DNA of 30,896 bases. It comes from Bacteroidales bacterium (GTDB taxonomy: Bacteria; Bacteroidota; Bacteroidia; Bacteroidales; FEN-979). The stretch spans positions 1-30,896 of the forward strand of contig JBEKST010000001.1 of NCBI GenBank assembly GCA_049516815.1, written 5' to 3'. Made by a program: the position numbers and the translations under genes. Position 1 is the first letter of the stretch, and every line of letters starts with the position of its first letter. The notes under the pieces are model-generated. The model ran no database searches, had not been told where the DNA came from, and was given only the letters and a program-made list of their open reading frames with translations. This document shows, one piece after another, positions 1 to 10,600 of the stretch.

Positions 1-1302
1 AAATCGATTAATTCGGAGATAAACTTCGAAAACCTGCTCCAATCGTTGCTCGAAAAAATGAAGATCGTCAAATCATTTGAAAAATCGTCAGCGCTTGTCT
101 TTGATAAAAATATCAACACATTCAAATTTAAGGCCAGCCTTGGATGGGAATTACGGGAATCTGCAGATGTCAAAATCAGTTTAAATGACGCTGAGATGCG
201 CTATCTTAAAAATGCCGAAGAGGTATTTGAAGATATTTTTCTGAAAACAGATTTCCGGGAATGGGGTGGTATCTCTATCCTGGATGGGCGTTCGGTTCCA
301 AAATCGATGCTTATCCTGGTCATCAGGGTGGAAAACAGAGTAGAGGCTTTTCTTATCTTTGAAAATATGAACCGGGAAAATGCTTTCGAAACCAAGGATC
401 TTAGTTTTATCAAGAATTCGAAGGAACACATCATATCCGCCTTCATCCGCACCCGGATTCTCGAGGATTTGCAAAATACACTGCAAAACCTCAAGGCCAC
501 CCAGGATCAGCTCATACAGTCGGAGAAACTAGCTTCTTTGGGCGCACTTATTGCAGGTATTGCCCATGAAATTCAAAACCCATTGAATTTTGTCAATAAT
601 TTTTCATCCTTATCTGCTGATCTGTCCGATGAACTTCTTGGGTTTTTAAAGGAACTGAAAGGTGCCCTCACTCCTGAACAATATGCCAATATCGAGGAGG
701 TTATCGGGATGATAAAGGGAAATGTGAAAAAAATTAATGACCATGGAAAACGTGCAGAAAGTATTGTAAAAGGGATGCTGCAACATTCACGGGGCAGAAC
801 CGGAGAGTATGAGCAAGTGGATATTAATAACCTGGTTTCTGAATATGTCAACCTCGCCTATCACGGCATGAGGGCAAAAGATAAAAGTTTCAACACTAGC
901 ATCAAAACACAACTGGATCCAGGGGTCGGAAAAGCCAGCATCATCCCGCAGGATCTGAGCCGCGTAATCCTTAACATTGTCAACAATTCATGTTATGCCC
1001 TCGATGAAAAAGTGAAAAAACATATTCCGGGTTTCATTCCTGAAGTGGTTATCAGTACGAAAAAAATAAAAGACAAAATTGAAATCAGGATCAGGGATAA
1101 TGGAACCGGGATCCCTGAACATGTGCGCGAAAAAATATTCAACCCGTTTTTCACGACCAAGCCTACCGGCCAGGGAACAGGATTGGGACTGTCGATGAGT
1201 TTCGACATTGTAACGCAGATCCACAAGGGTAAATTAGAGGTCAAATCCATGGAGGGAGAGTTTACAGAATTTATCATCACTATTCCCGAAAACCAATCCT
1301 GA
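1..1302 (+). CDS. Sensor histidine kinase (GAF-like region + HisKA + HATPase_c), 5' end lies outside the window
   Basis: The frame is open from base 1 (KSINSEINFENLLQSLLEKM...). H-box AHEIQNPLNFVNN, N-box DLSRVILNIVNN, G1 IRDNGTGIP, F/G2 IFNPFFTTKPTGQGTGLGLS, and a coiled coil LQNLKATQDQLIQSEKLASLG before the H-box. Confidence 0.92.
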   Translation, partial: KSINSEINFENLLQSLLEKMKIVKSFEKSSALVFDKNINTFKFKASLGWELRESADVKISLNDAEMRYLKNAEEVFEDIFLKTDFREWGGISILDGRSVPKSMLILVIRVENRVEAFLIFENMNRENAFETKDLSFIKNSKEHIISAFIRTRILEDLQNTLQNLKATQDQLIQSEKLASLGALIAGIAHEIQNPLNFVNNFSSLSADLSDELLGFLKELKGALTPEQYANIEEVIGMIKGNVKKINDHGKRAESIVKGMLQHSRGRTGEYEQVDINNLVSEYVNLAYHGMRAKDKSFNTSIKTQLDPGVGKASIIPQDLSRVILNIVNNSCYALDEKVKKHIPGFIPEVVISTKKIKDKIEIRIRDNGTGIPEHVREKIFNPFFTTKPTGQGTGLGLSMSFDIVTQIHKGKLEVKSMEGEFTEFIITIPENQS

Positions 1303-1322
1303 AGACGCTAACCCGATTTTAC

Positions 1323-1937
1323 ATGAAGAAACTTTTGTTCTGTTTTTTGGCTAGTCTCCTGATCACTTCATCGGTCTGCAGCCAATCAATTTTTAAGATC
1401 AATCAATACAATATCTATTATAATAACGGACTGATGCCCATCATCACGCTATTCACCGATCATCAATTCAGTAAGAAACTTAGCATTTCCAGTTATTTTT
1501 ATGTAAACGCCTATCAAAAAAATAGCTGGGGGGAAGGGTTGGTGGGAGTAACTTATACCCCGGTGCAAGGTGTTTCAGTAGGCTTCCTCGGCGGTTTGCA
1601 ATCGAATGAAACGGAAATCTGGCGGGTTTCACCCATTATCATGCTCAGTAAAAACCGATTTTCCTTATTTGGCGCGTTTGAATTTGGCGGGAAACGATAT
1701 CGGTGGGATGACATGGTTTTTTATTCTGTGAAAGCTTTTAAATTTGGAGCTGAATTGATCAGATATTATCAAATGTATGCTGCAGGCCCCCGTGTTGAAT
1801 TCTCTTTCATAAAAAAACAGCCTGTAACCATTTTTTATAGTGGATTGTGGGATTGGACTTATGGCCGGTACGCATCAATGTTCGGAATTTATTCGACCTT
1901 TGGTGCGTTTAAAAACATTGCATCATTTGAGAAATAA
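1323..1937 (+). CDS. Secreted hypothetical protein, probable small outer-membrane beta-barrel
   Basis: 204 aa. Signal peptide MKKLLFCFLASLLITSSVCS followed by Q. Many short alternating aromatic/hydrophobic strands (ISSYFYVNA, GLVGVTYTP, FSLFGAFEFG, SMFGIYSTF). Starts 20 nt after the kinase stop. The product is inferred. Confidence 0.55.
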   Translation: MKKLLFCFLASLLITSSVCSQSIFKINQYNIYYNNGLMPIITLFTDHQFSKKLSISSYFYVNAYQKNSWGEGLVGVTYTPVQGVSVGFLGGLQSNETEIWRVSPIIMLSKNRFSLFGAFEFGGKRYRWDDMVFYSVKAFKFGAELIRYYQMYAAGPRVEFSFIKKQPVTIFYSGLWDWTYGRYASMFGIYSTFGAFKNIASFEK

Positions 1938-2078
1938 CCCACCTACATTGTCCCTGCCATCATCTGTACCGAATTCAGGAGAAAAATTAAAAACTATTTC
2001 AATATTTATCATTTGTTGTCTTTGTTTTGGACTAAAAATGTTTATTTCAGAAAAGTTATCTGATTAAAAAAAAATACT

Positions 2079-2086
2079 TAATTTCG
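2079..2086 (+). promoter_or_regulatory. Possible Bacteroidota -7 promoter box variant (TAATTTCG)
   Basis: One mismatch to TAnnTTTG, about 45 nt upstream of the lipoprotein ATG. No clear -33 TTTG. Confidence 0.3.
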
Positions 2087-2131
2087 CATAGTTCATTAAC
2101 AGATTGTACAGACAAATCTTCAAACGACTTT

Positions 2132-2983
2132 ATGAAAGCATTAACCCAAATCCATTCTGGCGTTGCACTGGTTGCCCTCTTCCTTGTAATCGCCCTCTCA
2201 AGTTGCAACAACGCAACAAATAATAATCAAAAGGCAAATGCTGCAGCAGCCGACACCATCAAAAAGGAGGTTACCCTGAGTCCCGAATTAAAAAACCTTC
2301 TTTCCTCCTTTCCTACTCCTTTCACTATAACCACAATGCTTGAAAAAGCCAAAGCCGGTTTTATTTTTGACATTACCAACCCACCGGCGAATGTTGGAAA
2401 ATATACAACGGAAATGAGCAAATCACTGAACCTTGGGGTTTATAGTGCGGACCTTTGTTATTCTGCAACTTACAACCGTACTGATGAATCCAATAAATTT
2501 CTGGCATGTACCAATAAATTGGCTGACGAACTGGGTATTGCAGGCGTTTATGACCGGTTACTGCTTGATAAGATAAAAAAGTACAACAACAATAAAGATT
2601 CCCTGGTCGGCTTGATCAGTAAAGTTTTGTGGCAATCCAACGATTTCCTCTCCAAAAACAACCGTAACAAGGTTTCCGTGCTGATTGCTGCCGGTGGATT
2701 TGCTGAGGGGATTTACCTGGCAGCCGCGCTCGGTGAGATGGCAAAGGACAATACTAAAATTATGGCAGTCATTGCAGGCCTGAAAGATAATCACACGAAG
2801 CTGCTGACCATTCTTGAAGCTTATACATCCGATGAGAATATGAAACAGGTAGCTGATGAGATTGTAAAACTGAAGCCAATCTGGGCCAACTATAACATTG
2901 AAGCCGGAAAAAAAATCCCACAACAGAAATCTGTTGAGATCAGCAAACTGACTGAAAGCGTGAGACTGGCATTTGTAAAATAA
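2132..2983 (+). CDS. Uncharacterised lipoprotein, predicted mainly alpha-helical
   Basis: 283 aa. Hydrophobic N-terminus ending in lipobox LSS-C, then an N/A-rich linker (NNATNNNQKANAAAA). Contains a motif-like segment SLNLGVYSADLCYS. Confidence 0.8.
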   Translation: MKALTQIHSGVALVALFLVIALSSCNNATNNNQKANAAAADTIKKEVTLSPELKNLLSSFPTPFTITTMLEKAKAGFIFDITNPPANVGKYTTEMSKSLNLGVYSADLCYSATYNRTDESNKFLACTNKLADELGIAGVYDRLLLDKIKKYNNNKDSLVGLISKVLWQSNDFLSKNNRNKVSVLIAAGGFAEGIYLAAALGEMAKDNTKIMAVIAGLKDNHTKLLTILEAYTSDENMKQVADEIVKLKPIWANYNIEAGKKIPQQKSVEISKLTESVRLAFVK

Positions 2984-3040
2984 TCTTTAAATATCCAACC
3001 CACCCTGACAGTGAATAAGATTCTGTCATAGTGGTACCCG

Positions 3041-3072
3041 AAACCGCTTTTCCTGAAAGGCGGTTTTTTTTA
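3041..3072 (+). terminator. Rho-independent terminator after the lipoprotein gene
   Basis: AAACCGCTTT-TCCTG-AAAGGCGGTTT stem with one bulged G, running into a T tract. Confidence 0.75.
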
Positions 3073-3132
3073 TACGGTGTGCGTACGCAACGCAAATATT
3101 GCGTAAGTTTGAGTTACTAAAATCCCACCACT

Positions 3133-6100
3133 ATGTCTGAACCAATCCTGATGGCGTTGGTACAGCTTTTTGCCATCGTCGCTGCTTCTGTTAAACAACA
3201 GGTTTCCGATAACACCCGAAAAATCCTCGAATCCTATCTCCGCCAGCACCTCAATAACCAGGAACTTGATGAATACCTTAAGCTTTTTGACGAACTGGTG
3301 TTTTTTCATCAGCCGGATGAACCAGAAAAACAGGACGCCGATGTGTCAGAAAAGATTGAGTCCATCTGCTTTAAAATTCAGAAACAGCTTACCTCACTTG
3401 ACCGTTTGATTGTTTTTATCAAATTCCTCGAATTCCTGGATGAACTGGCGAGGAACACAGATGGAACAGCGGTAGTGGAAAGCGACCTGGCTGGTAGATA
3501 CATCCAGGTATTTAAAAAGGTTTTTAATCCACCGGAACAGGAATTTCGTGATCAGCGTGCTTTTATTGCCAATCCTTTTTCAGGGGATTTGCATAAGGAA
3601 CACCTTCTGGTGATCGATTCCGGCGCCAGCACTGAACTCAGTCTATTCAAACACCTTCAACGTGAACATCTCGACGGACAAATTTTGATTCTCTACGTTC
3701 CATCGGTGAGAACGATGATCTGCCGGTATCTGGGGAAAGATGAGATGTATCTGAATGGTCACAATGTACCCCCTTTCCGGTCATTCGTTTTTACCAATGG
3801 TGCCATCCTGAAAAACCTTAAAATCAGTCCGATTTACTATGCCGATGTGGCCGCTCAATTCCTGCATTCAAAGGCGAAAGTTAAAATTGATTTTACAGCC
3901 CGGGAAATTGAATACCGCTTTAAGAACAGCACCAATGGCATCCACCCGTTTAGTTTTACAGCCAGTTCGGGCGAACTCATCGGCGTTATGGGCGGAAGTG
4001 GCGTTGGAAAATCGACCTTGCTCAATGTTCTGAATGGCACTCTGAAACTTAACAATGGGCAAATTCTGATCAATGGGTATGACCTGGACAAGGATAAGGA
4101 AAAACTGCAGGGGTTAATCGGCTTTGTGCCACAGGATGACCTGCTGATCGAAGAACTAACTGTTTTTCAGAATCTTTATTACAATGCCAAACTCTGCTTC
4201 CGGGATTTTACAGAGCAGAAACTGATCCGGTCGGTGATGCATATATTGATGGATATCGACCTGATTGGTATAAAGAACCTGACTGTTGGCGATCCGATCA
4301 ATAAATACATCAGCGGGGGCCAGCGAAAACGGCTGAATATCGCGCTTGAACTGATTCGCGAACCTTCTGTTCTTTTTGCAGATGAACCCACCAGTGGGCT
4401 TTCCTCCATGGATTCGGAGATGGTGATGCTCCTGCTGAAAGAACAAACGCTGAAAGGAAGGCTGGTCATCGTCAACATTCATCAGCCTTCATCAGATATT
4501 TATAAGCTTTTTGACAAACTGCTGATTATGGACAAAGGTGGGTATCCTATCTATTATGGCAATCCCATCGATGCCCTCACCTATTTTAAATCGGTCAGCA
4601 GTCATGTGAATCCCGATGAAAGTGAATGTCAGACCTGTGGCTATGTAAACCCGGAGCAATTGCTGCAAATCACCGAAGCAAAAATTGTCAATGAATATGG
4701 ACGGCTGACCGGCAACCGAAAAACCACACCCAAAGAGTGGTATGGGATGTTTAGAGAACATGTTCAAACGAAACTTGAACTCAGGGAGGAAAAAAGTGAA
4801 GTTCCAAAAAGCTATTTCAAAATCCCGGGAATATTAAAGCAATTCAGCATCTTTAGTATCAGGAACCTGCTGACCAAGGTCACCAATCGTCAGTACATGC
4901 TGATCAACCTGATTGAAGCCCCATTCCTTGCGGCCTTGCTGGCATACCTTACACGTTATAAGTTTGGAGAACAATATATTTTCAGCGACAACCGGAACCT
5001 GGTTCCCTATCTGTTCATGAGCGTTGTGGTTTCATTATTCCTTGGAATGATGGTCAGCGCTGAAGAGATTATTAAAGACCGGCGGATTCTTAAACGCGAA
5101 GCCTTCCTCCACCTGAGCAGATTCAGTTATCTCAACTCGAAAATCATCTTTCTCTTTTCTCTTTCTGCAGTTCAATCGTTGTTATATGTGCTGGCAGGGA
5201 ACCTGATCCTTGGTATACATGGCATGACCCTCTCTTACTGGCTGATCCTGTTTGCCACCTCCTGTTTTGCCAACATCGTGGGATTAAACATTTCAGCCGG
5301 ACTCAACTCGGTGGTGGCCATCTATATACTTATTCCGTTCATCCTGGTACCACAACTTCTGTTGAGTGGCACGATCGTTCCTTTCGACAACCTCAATCCC
5401 GACATTGCCTCGCAGGAGAATGTTCCGCTGGTCGGTAACCTGATGACCTCGCGCTGGACCTTTGAAGCCCTCGCCGTGGAGCAATTCAGCAACAATGAGT
5501 ATGAAAAGATATTTTATCCATATGATAAAGAATTATCACGCTACTCCTATATTACGGCCTACGTGATTCCGACCCTTAAATCAGAGCTCGACGAATGCCA
5601 ACACAATCTTTTTAAACACGCAGAGCCGAAAAAAACTGCCAGTTACATGACAATACTGAAAAACGAAATTCCCGCCTTACAGAAAGGGGTTGGTTTTGCT
5701 TCGTTCCCATACATGAATGGATTAACTGAGAAACTTTTGAATGATTCTATCGTTCAGAATACAAAATCATACCTCGACTCGTTAAGCAGGGTTTACTCTT
5801 CCCGGTTGAGTGCGGTGACGGCCAGGCGCGACATTGCCTACGAAAAACTCAGAACCCGGTTGGGTGATGATGGGGTATATCAGTTTAAACAAGCCTATTA
5901 TAATGAAAACCTCGCCGACCTGATCATGAATAAAGGCGCTGAAAATAAGATTATTGCAGAAAAAGGGAAATTAATCCAAAAGAAAGACCCCATCTTCATG
6001 GAGCCGTCATCGCATGATGGAAGAGCCCATTTTTATGCTCCTGTAAAAATAATCGGATCATGGAAAATCAACACCTTCTGGTTCAACTTTTTCATTATTT

Positions 6101-6198
6101 GGCTGATGTCATTCATACTCTATTTAACCCTCCTGCATGATACTCTGCGTAAAACAATCGAGTTTTTCAAGCGGATAAAATTTGGAAAATCAGGGTGA
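3133..6198 (+). CDS. ABCG/White-like ABC half-transporter (NBD followed by ABC-2 type TMD) with a long N-terminal extension
   Basis: 1021 aa. Walker A GGSGVGKST (3991-4017), Q-loop GFVPQDD, signature ISGGQRKR, Walker B LFADEPTSGL, H-loop IHQP. About 6 TM helices, a large soluble loop and a final TM helix follow. Confidence 0.9.
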   Translation: MSEPILMALVQLFAIVAASVKQQVSDNTRKILESYLRQHLNNQELDEYLKLFDELVFFHQPDEPEKQDADVSEKIESICFKIQKQLTSLDRLIVFIKFLEFLDELARNTDGTAVVESDLAGRYIQVFKKVFNPPEQEFRDQRAFIANPFSGDLHKEHLLVIDSGASTELSLFKHLQREHLDGQILILYVPSVRTMICRYLGKDEMYLNGHNVPPFRSFVFTNGAILKNLKISPIYYADVAAQFLHSKAKVKIDFTAREIEYRFKNSTNGIHPFSFTASSGELIGVMGGSGVGKSTLLNVLNGTLKLNNGQILINGYDLDKDKEKLQGLIGFVPQDDLLIEELTVFQNLYYNAKLCFRDFTEQKLIRSVMHILMDIDLIGIKNLTVGDPINKYISGGQRKRLNIALELIREPSVLFADEPTSGLSSMDSEMVMLLLKEQTLKGRLVIVNIHQPSSDIYKLFDKLLIMDKGGYPIYYGNPIDALTYFKSVSSHVNPDESECQTCGYVNPEQLLQITEAKIVNEYGRLTGNRKTTPKEWYGMFREHVQTKLELREEKSEVPKSYFKIPGILKQFSIFSIRNLLTKVTNRQYMLINLIEAPFLAALLAYLTRYKFGEQYIFSDNRNLVPYLFMSVVVSLFLGMMVSAEEIIKDRRILKREAFLHLSRFSYLNSKIIFLFSLSAVQSLLYVLAGNLILGIHGMTLSYWLILFATSCFANIVGLNISAGLNSVVAIYILIPFILVPQLLLSGTIVPFDNLNPDIASQENVPLVGNLMTSRWTFEALAVEQFSNNEYEKIFYPYDKELSRYSYITAYVIPTLKSELDECQHNLFKHAEPKKTASYMTILKNEIPALQKGVGFASFPYMNGLTEKLLNDSIVQNTKSYLDSLSRVYSSRLSAVTARRDIAYEKLRTRLGDDGVYQFKQAYYNENLADLIMNKGAENKIIAEKGKLIQKKDPIFMEPSSHDGRAHFYAPVKIIGSWKINTFWFNFFIIWLMSFILYLTLLHDTLRKTIEFFKRIKFGKSG

Positions 6199-6307
6199 TC
6201 CATTCAGGATGTTATAAATCATAATATCAAGCCCTTTCATGCATGAAGTCAATAATATCGGGCCAATCTGAGGAACGGAATTACGAATTTTATTATTTTG
6301 AAATCAA

Positions 6308-6327
6308 GGGCACAAAATATTGTGCTC
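6308..6327. terminator. Weak hairpin between the convergent ABC and TolC genes
   Basis: GGGCACAA-AATA-TTGTGCTC, an 8-bp stem with one G-U pair. No strong T tract. Confidence 0.3.
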
Positions 6328-6354
6328 TTACGATAATTTCGCCATTTCGCTATT

Positions 6355-7659
6355 TTATTGTATTAGTTTCCCACTTAAAAGTAGCAACTCTGTTTCAGTT
6401 AGTTTTGCTTTGAATTCAGCGGTGATCAGCCTGGTGTCGGCATCCAGCAGATTATGTTGCACCTCCCTTAACTGAAGTGATGAAATTGAACCGATTGCGT
6501 AACTTTCCTTCGCAATTTCCATGTTTTTTTTCGCGAGCAGAAGGTTTTCCTGCTCAAACCCAATCATCTGAATTTGATTCCGGTAATCGTTATAGATTCC
6601 TGTAAGATATGCTTCAAGGCGGTTCTCTATCTGCTTAATTTCCAGGTCACCAGTTTGCACAGCGATCGCTGCATTTTTATACTGCCGGCTCAGATTAAGT
6701 CCATCAAAAAGCTTCAGGTTTAATGATAACCCAAATGAAGGGCCAAAGTTCCGGTTATATTGAATGAAATTTGCCTCAGTTTCAGAACGGTAATAGTTGT
6801 AATTGGCAAAAAAATCGAGTGTTGGCCATTGATTAGCCCGGGCGGTCTTTAATTCCAACTGCCCAACCTGTTTATTCCTGACGGCCAGAAGCACGTTTCG
6901 GTTTGCCGTTTTCATGGATAAACGAAGTGAATCGTACTGTAACATACCGGAAACCACAATCGTATCCTTCACTTCAAACGGGGTACTGACATCTCTCGAT
7001 AACAGTTCATTCAGGGTAGTCTTCGAATTTTCAAACAAGGTTTTTTGATTAGATAAGGCAGCCACATCAGCATTCAGCTCAACCCTGGCTTTAAGATATT
7101 CCATTTCTGAACCGGTTCCTGTTTCAAAACGCATCTTTGCAAGTTCAAGCCGGAACTGGGAAATTTCAACCTGCTCCGCTAAAATCCGGTGCACCCTTTC
7201 CTGTTGTATGATATCATAATAATTTCCGATGATCTTCGCCACTGTATTCTCAATTGTGATCTTCGCACTCAGTTCACTCATCTCCTCAAGTTTTTTTAAC
7301 TTGTCCCAGGTGATGAACATGTTTAATCCATCGAAGATTGTCCAGTTAATGCCGACCCCGGCCGTAATTAAATTGGAATGTGCGTCATGATTATCCAGTT
7401 CGGAGCCTGTGACAACTTTCACCTTGGCATCACTCAACTCATTACTATAAGCTAAACTGATTCCGGCAGATGGAAGCATCCCTGCATTTCCGGGCGATGT
7501 ATTGTTGTGTGCTGCCTGCTGTGATTTTTGTGCCATGATGATGCCATAATTGTTCGATAACCCTATCGACACTGCCTTATCCAGGGATAATAATTCCTGG
7601 CTTTCAGCCCATCCGGTAAAAAAAAGTAACAGTAACCCGGTGAACGCAATTTTTTTCAT
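6355..7659 (-). CDS. TolC-family outer membrane efflux channel
   Basis: 434 aa. Signal peptide ending AES-Q, two OEP repeats (GMLPSAGISL / NQWPTLDFFANY), C-terminal ELLLLSG. Its ATG overlaps the RND stop (TGATG). Confidence 0.93.
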   Translation of the reverse strand: MKKIAFTGLLLLFFTGWAESQELLSLDKAVSIGLSNNYGIIMAQKSQQAAHNNTSPGNAGMLPSAGISLAYSNELSDAKVKVVTGSELDNHDAHSNLITAGVGINWTIFDGLNMFITWDKLKKLEEMSELSAKITIENTVAKIIGNYYDIIQQERVHRILAEQVEISQFRLELAKMRFETGTGSEMEYLKARVELNADVAALSNQKTLFENSKTTLNELLSRDVSTPFEVKDTIVVSGMLQYDSLRLSMKTANRNVLLAVRNKQVGQLELKTARANQWPTLDFFANYNYYRSETEANFIQYNRNFGPSFGLSLNLKLFDGLNLSRQYKNAAIAVQTGDLEIKQIENRLEAYLTGIYNDYRNQIQMIGFEQENLLLAKKNMEIAKESYAIGSISSLQLREVQHNLLDADTRLITAEFKAKLTETELLLLSGKLIQ

Positions 7660-10600
7660 CAGCTGATATCTTCTGTCATGATGGATTTCTTTTCAACGGT
7701 AATCTCGGTATAATCAATTTTACTGGTTGACGGATTTCCCGACAAATAAGAATACATGACGGGGATGATATAAAGAGTGAGGAATGTAGAAAAGAACAGT
7801 CCCCCAACAACTGCGATACCTAATGATTGCCTGCTTTCGGCCGAAGCGCCTAGTTTTAATGCGATGGGCAGAATCCCAAGAATCATGGCCGATGAAGTCA
7901 TCAGGATCGGCCGGAAGCGTGAAATGGCTGCACGCTGGACCGCTTCAATTTTATCGAGTCCTGTCGCCTTACGTTGGTTTGCAAATTCCACGATTAGAAT
8001 GCCGTTTTTGGTTACAAGGCCTATCAGCATGATGATCCCTATTTCACTGAAGATATTCAGGGTCTGGTTAAAATACCAAAGAGAAAACAGCGCTCCGGCA
8101 AGGGCCAGGGGTACAGTAAACAGGATAATCAACGGGTCAACAAAGCTCTCAAACTGGGCAGCCAGGATTAAAAAAATCAGTACTATGGCTAAAAGAAAAA
8201 TATAGGCCAGACTGGATGAGCTTTCCCTGTAATCGCGCGATTGCCCGGCCAGTGCGGTGTTGAAGGTGGCTGGTAACAACTTTTTCGATACCCCGTCTAG
8301 CGCTTTGATCCCATCGCCCAGTGTTGCTCCCGGGGCAAGCCCGGCCGAGATTGTGGCGGAGATATAGCGGTTAAATGAAAAAATGGAGGCTGGGTTAATG
8401 GATTCCTCCATGTGTATCAGGTTGTCAATCAATATTAGTTCTCCCTTGTTATTGCGCACATACAGCGCCTTCAGTGCATCGGGACGGTCGCGATCTTGCC
8501 GCATCACCTGGCCAATGATCTCGTATTGCTTGCCATTCATGATAAAATATCCATACCGCTGGCCGCTCATGGCAAGTTGCATGGTTCGGGCAATTTCTTG
8601 TGTTGAAACATCCAGTAAGGCAGCCTTTTCACGGTCGATGGTTATCCGTAACTCAGGTTTGTTGATTTTAAAATTGGCATCAACAAACTGAAGGATCGGA
8701 ATTTTTCTGGCTTCTTCAAGAAATTCTGGCAACTCCTTGTTTAAGCCTATCAGATCTGGCGCCTGGAGAACATATTGAAGGGGTTGCCCCGAAAAACGAT
8801 CACCAATCGTTGGCGGTTCAAATGGAAAAGTGCGAATGCCCGTAATATTCTGCAAATCTTTCGACATTTTTCTAAAAATCTCATGCTGGCTCCGCGATCG
8901 CTTTTCCGGATCCAAAAGATAAACAATCTGTTGGGCCTTATTTGGATTTTCGATGGTTCCCATACTTGGTGAAATCCATGAAAAGGATACTGTAGCCTCA
9001 GGAAATGAATCCGCGATATAACTGTCGACCTGGGCCATGTAATTTGTCATAAATTCATAGGTAGATCCTTCAGGTGCAAGTGTTGGGATACGGATATTCG
9101 AACGGTCTTCAAGTGGCGCTAATTCAGAATGTAATGAGTGATATGTAAATCCAATAACAAATATTAACCCCACGAAGACCGGAAATACAAGCCATCTCCG
9201 GTTCATGAGACCTTTCAGGGAATACCGGTACCCTCTGTTCAGCGACAGAAAGAATGGTTCGGTTTTACTGATCAGCCAGTTTGTATTCAGATGTCTTTGC
9301 GTTTTCAGGATGCGTGAACACATCATGGGTGAAAGCGTCAGTGCCACAAAGGCAGAAATCAAAACAGATCCGGCAATAACAATGGCAAACTCTTTAAAAA
9401 GCCGTCCTATTAATCCTTGTAAAAACATAATTGGCAGGAATACGGCAGCAAGGGTAATGGTAGTTGAAATAACCGCGAAAAAGATCTCCTTCATCCCCTT
9501 TAAGGCAGCATCAGTGGGATGCAAACCCGCGTCGATTTTTGTATAAATATTTTCAAGCACCACGATGGCATCATCACAAACAAGACCGATAGCCAATACA
9601 ATGGCCAGCAGGGAAAGTACATTGATCGAAAGCCCCATTAATGCCATGATAATAAATGATCCAATAATGGAAACAGGAATAGCCGCCACTGGTATGATGG
9701 TCGAGCGCCAGTCGCGAAGAAAAATGAAAATGATCAGGACTACAAGAATAAGCGACAGAATGATGGTTTGCTGAACCTCTTTGACAGCCCCACGTTCAAA
9801 TTTGGTAAAGTCGTACCCTATTCTGACATCATAATCCGGCGGGATCTCCTTCCTGAGATTTTCCAACCGCTTGTAAAACTCATTGGCAATGGCCACATTG
9901 TTTGCGCCCGTTTGAGGGACAACCCCAATGATGATCACCGGCAAGAGCTCCATCAATACGGTGGAGCGGTCATTCTCGGGATAAAGTTCAGCAGTGCCGA
10001 TATCAGAAAGGCGGACAATGTTTCCACCCTCCTGCTTTATAATCACATCGTTAAATTGTTCCGGCGACTGCATCAATCCAAGAGTCCGGATCGTCAGTTC
10101 AGTCAGGTCACCCTCCACCCGGCCTGAAGGAAGTTCAATATTTTCGCGGTTGACTGCCCGTTCAACATCCACTGAGGTGATACCGTTGGCTGCCATTTTA
10201 TTGGGATCGAGCCAGAGCCGCATGGAGTATTTCTTTTCTCCGAAAATTTTAATGTCCCCAACCCCGGGAATTGTTTGAAGGCGCTCTTTAATCTTATTTT
10301 CAACCAGGTCGTTAACCTCCATGATGTTTCGTTTGTAACTCCGAACAATGATAAAAATGATCGCATTGGCATTGGCGCTCAGTTTCTCTACGATCGGTGG
10401 ATCCACATCCTTTGGCAATAATTTTATAGCCTTCGAAACACGGTCACGTACGTCGTTTGCGGCTGATTCCATCTCCTTTCCCAGGTTGAATTCAACTGTA
10501 ATCAGGCTTGATTGATCCGTTGAAACCGACGACAACGTCCTGATTCCCTCAATCCCATTGATAGCATCTTCCAATGGTTCCGTGATCTGGGCCTGGATAA

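Noticed and set aside
7777-10127. Several + strand ORFs (e.g. 7777-8205, 9205-9546, 9768-10127) opposite the RND gene
   Set aside because: They are antisense shadows of a well-supported conserved gene and carry no recognisable motifs.
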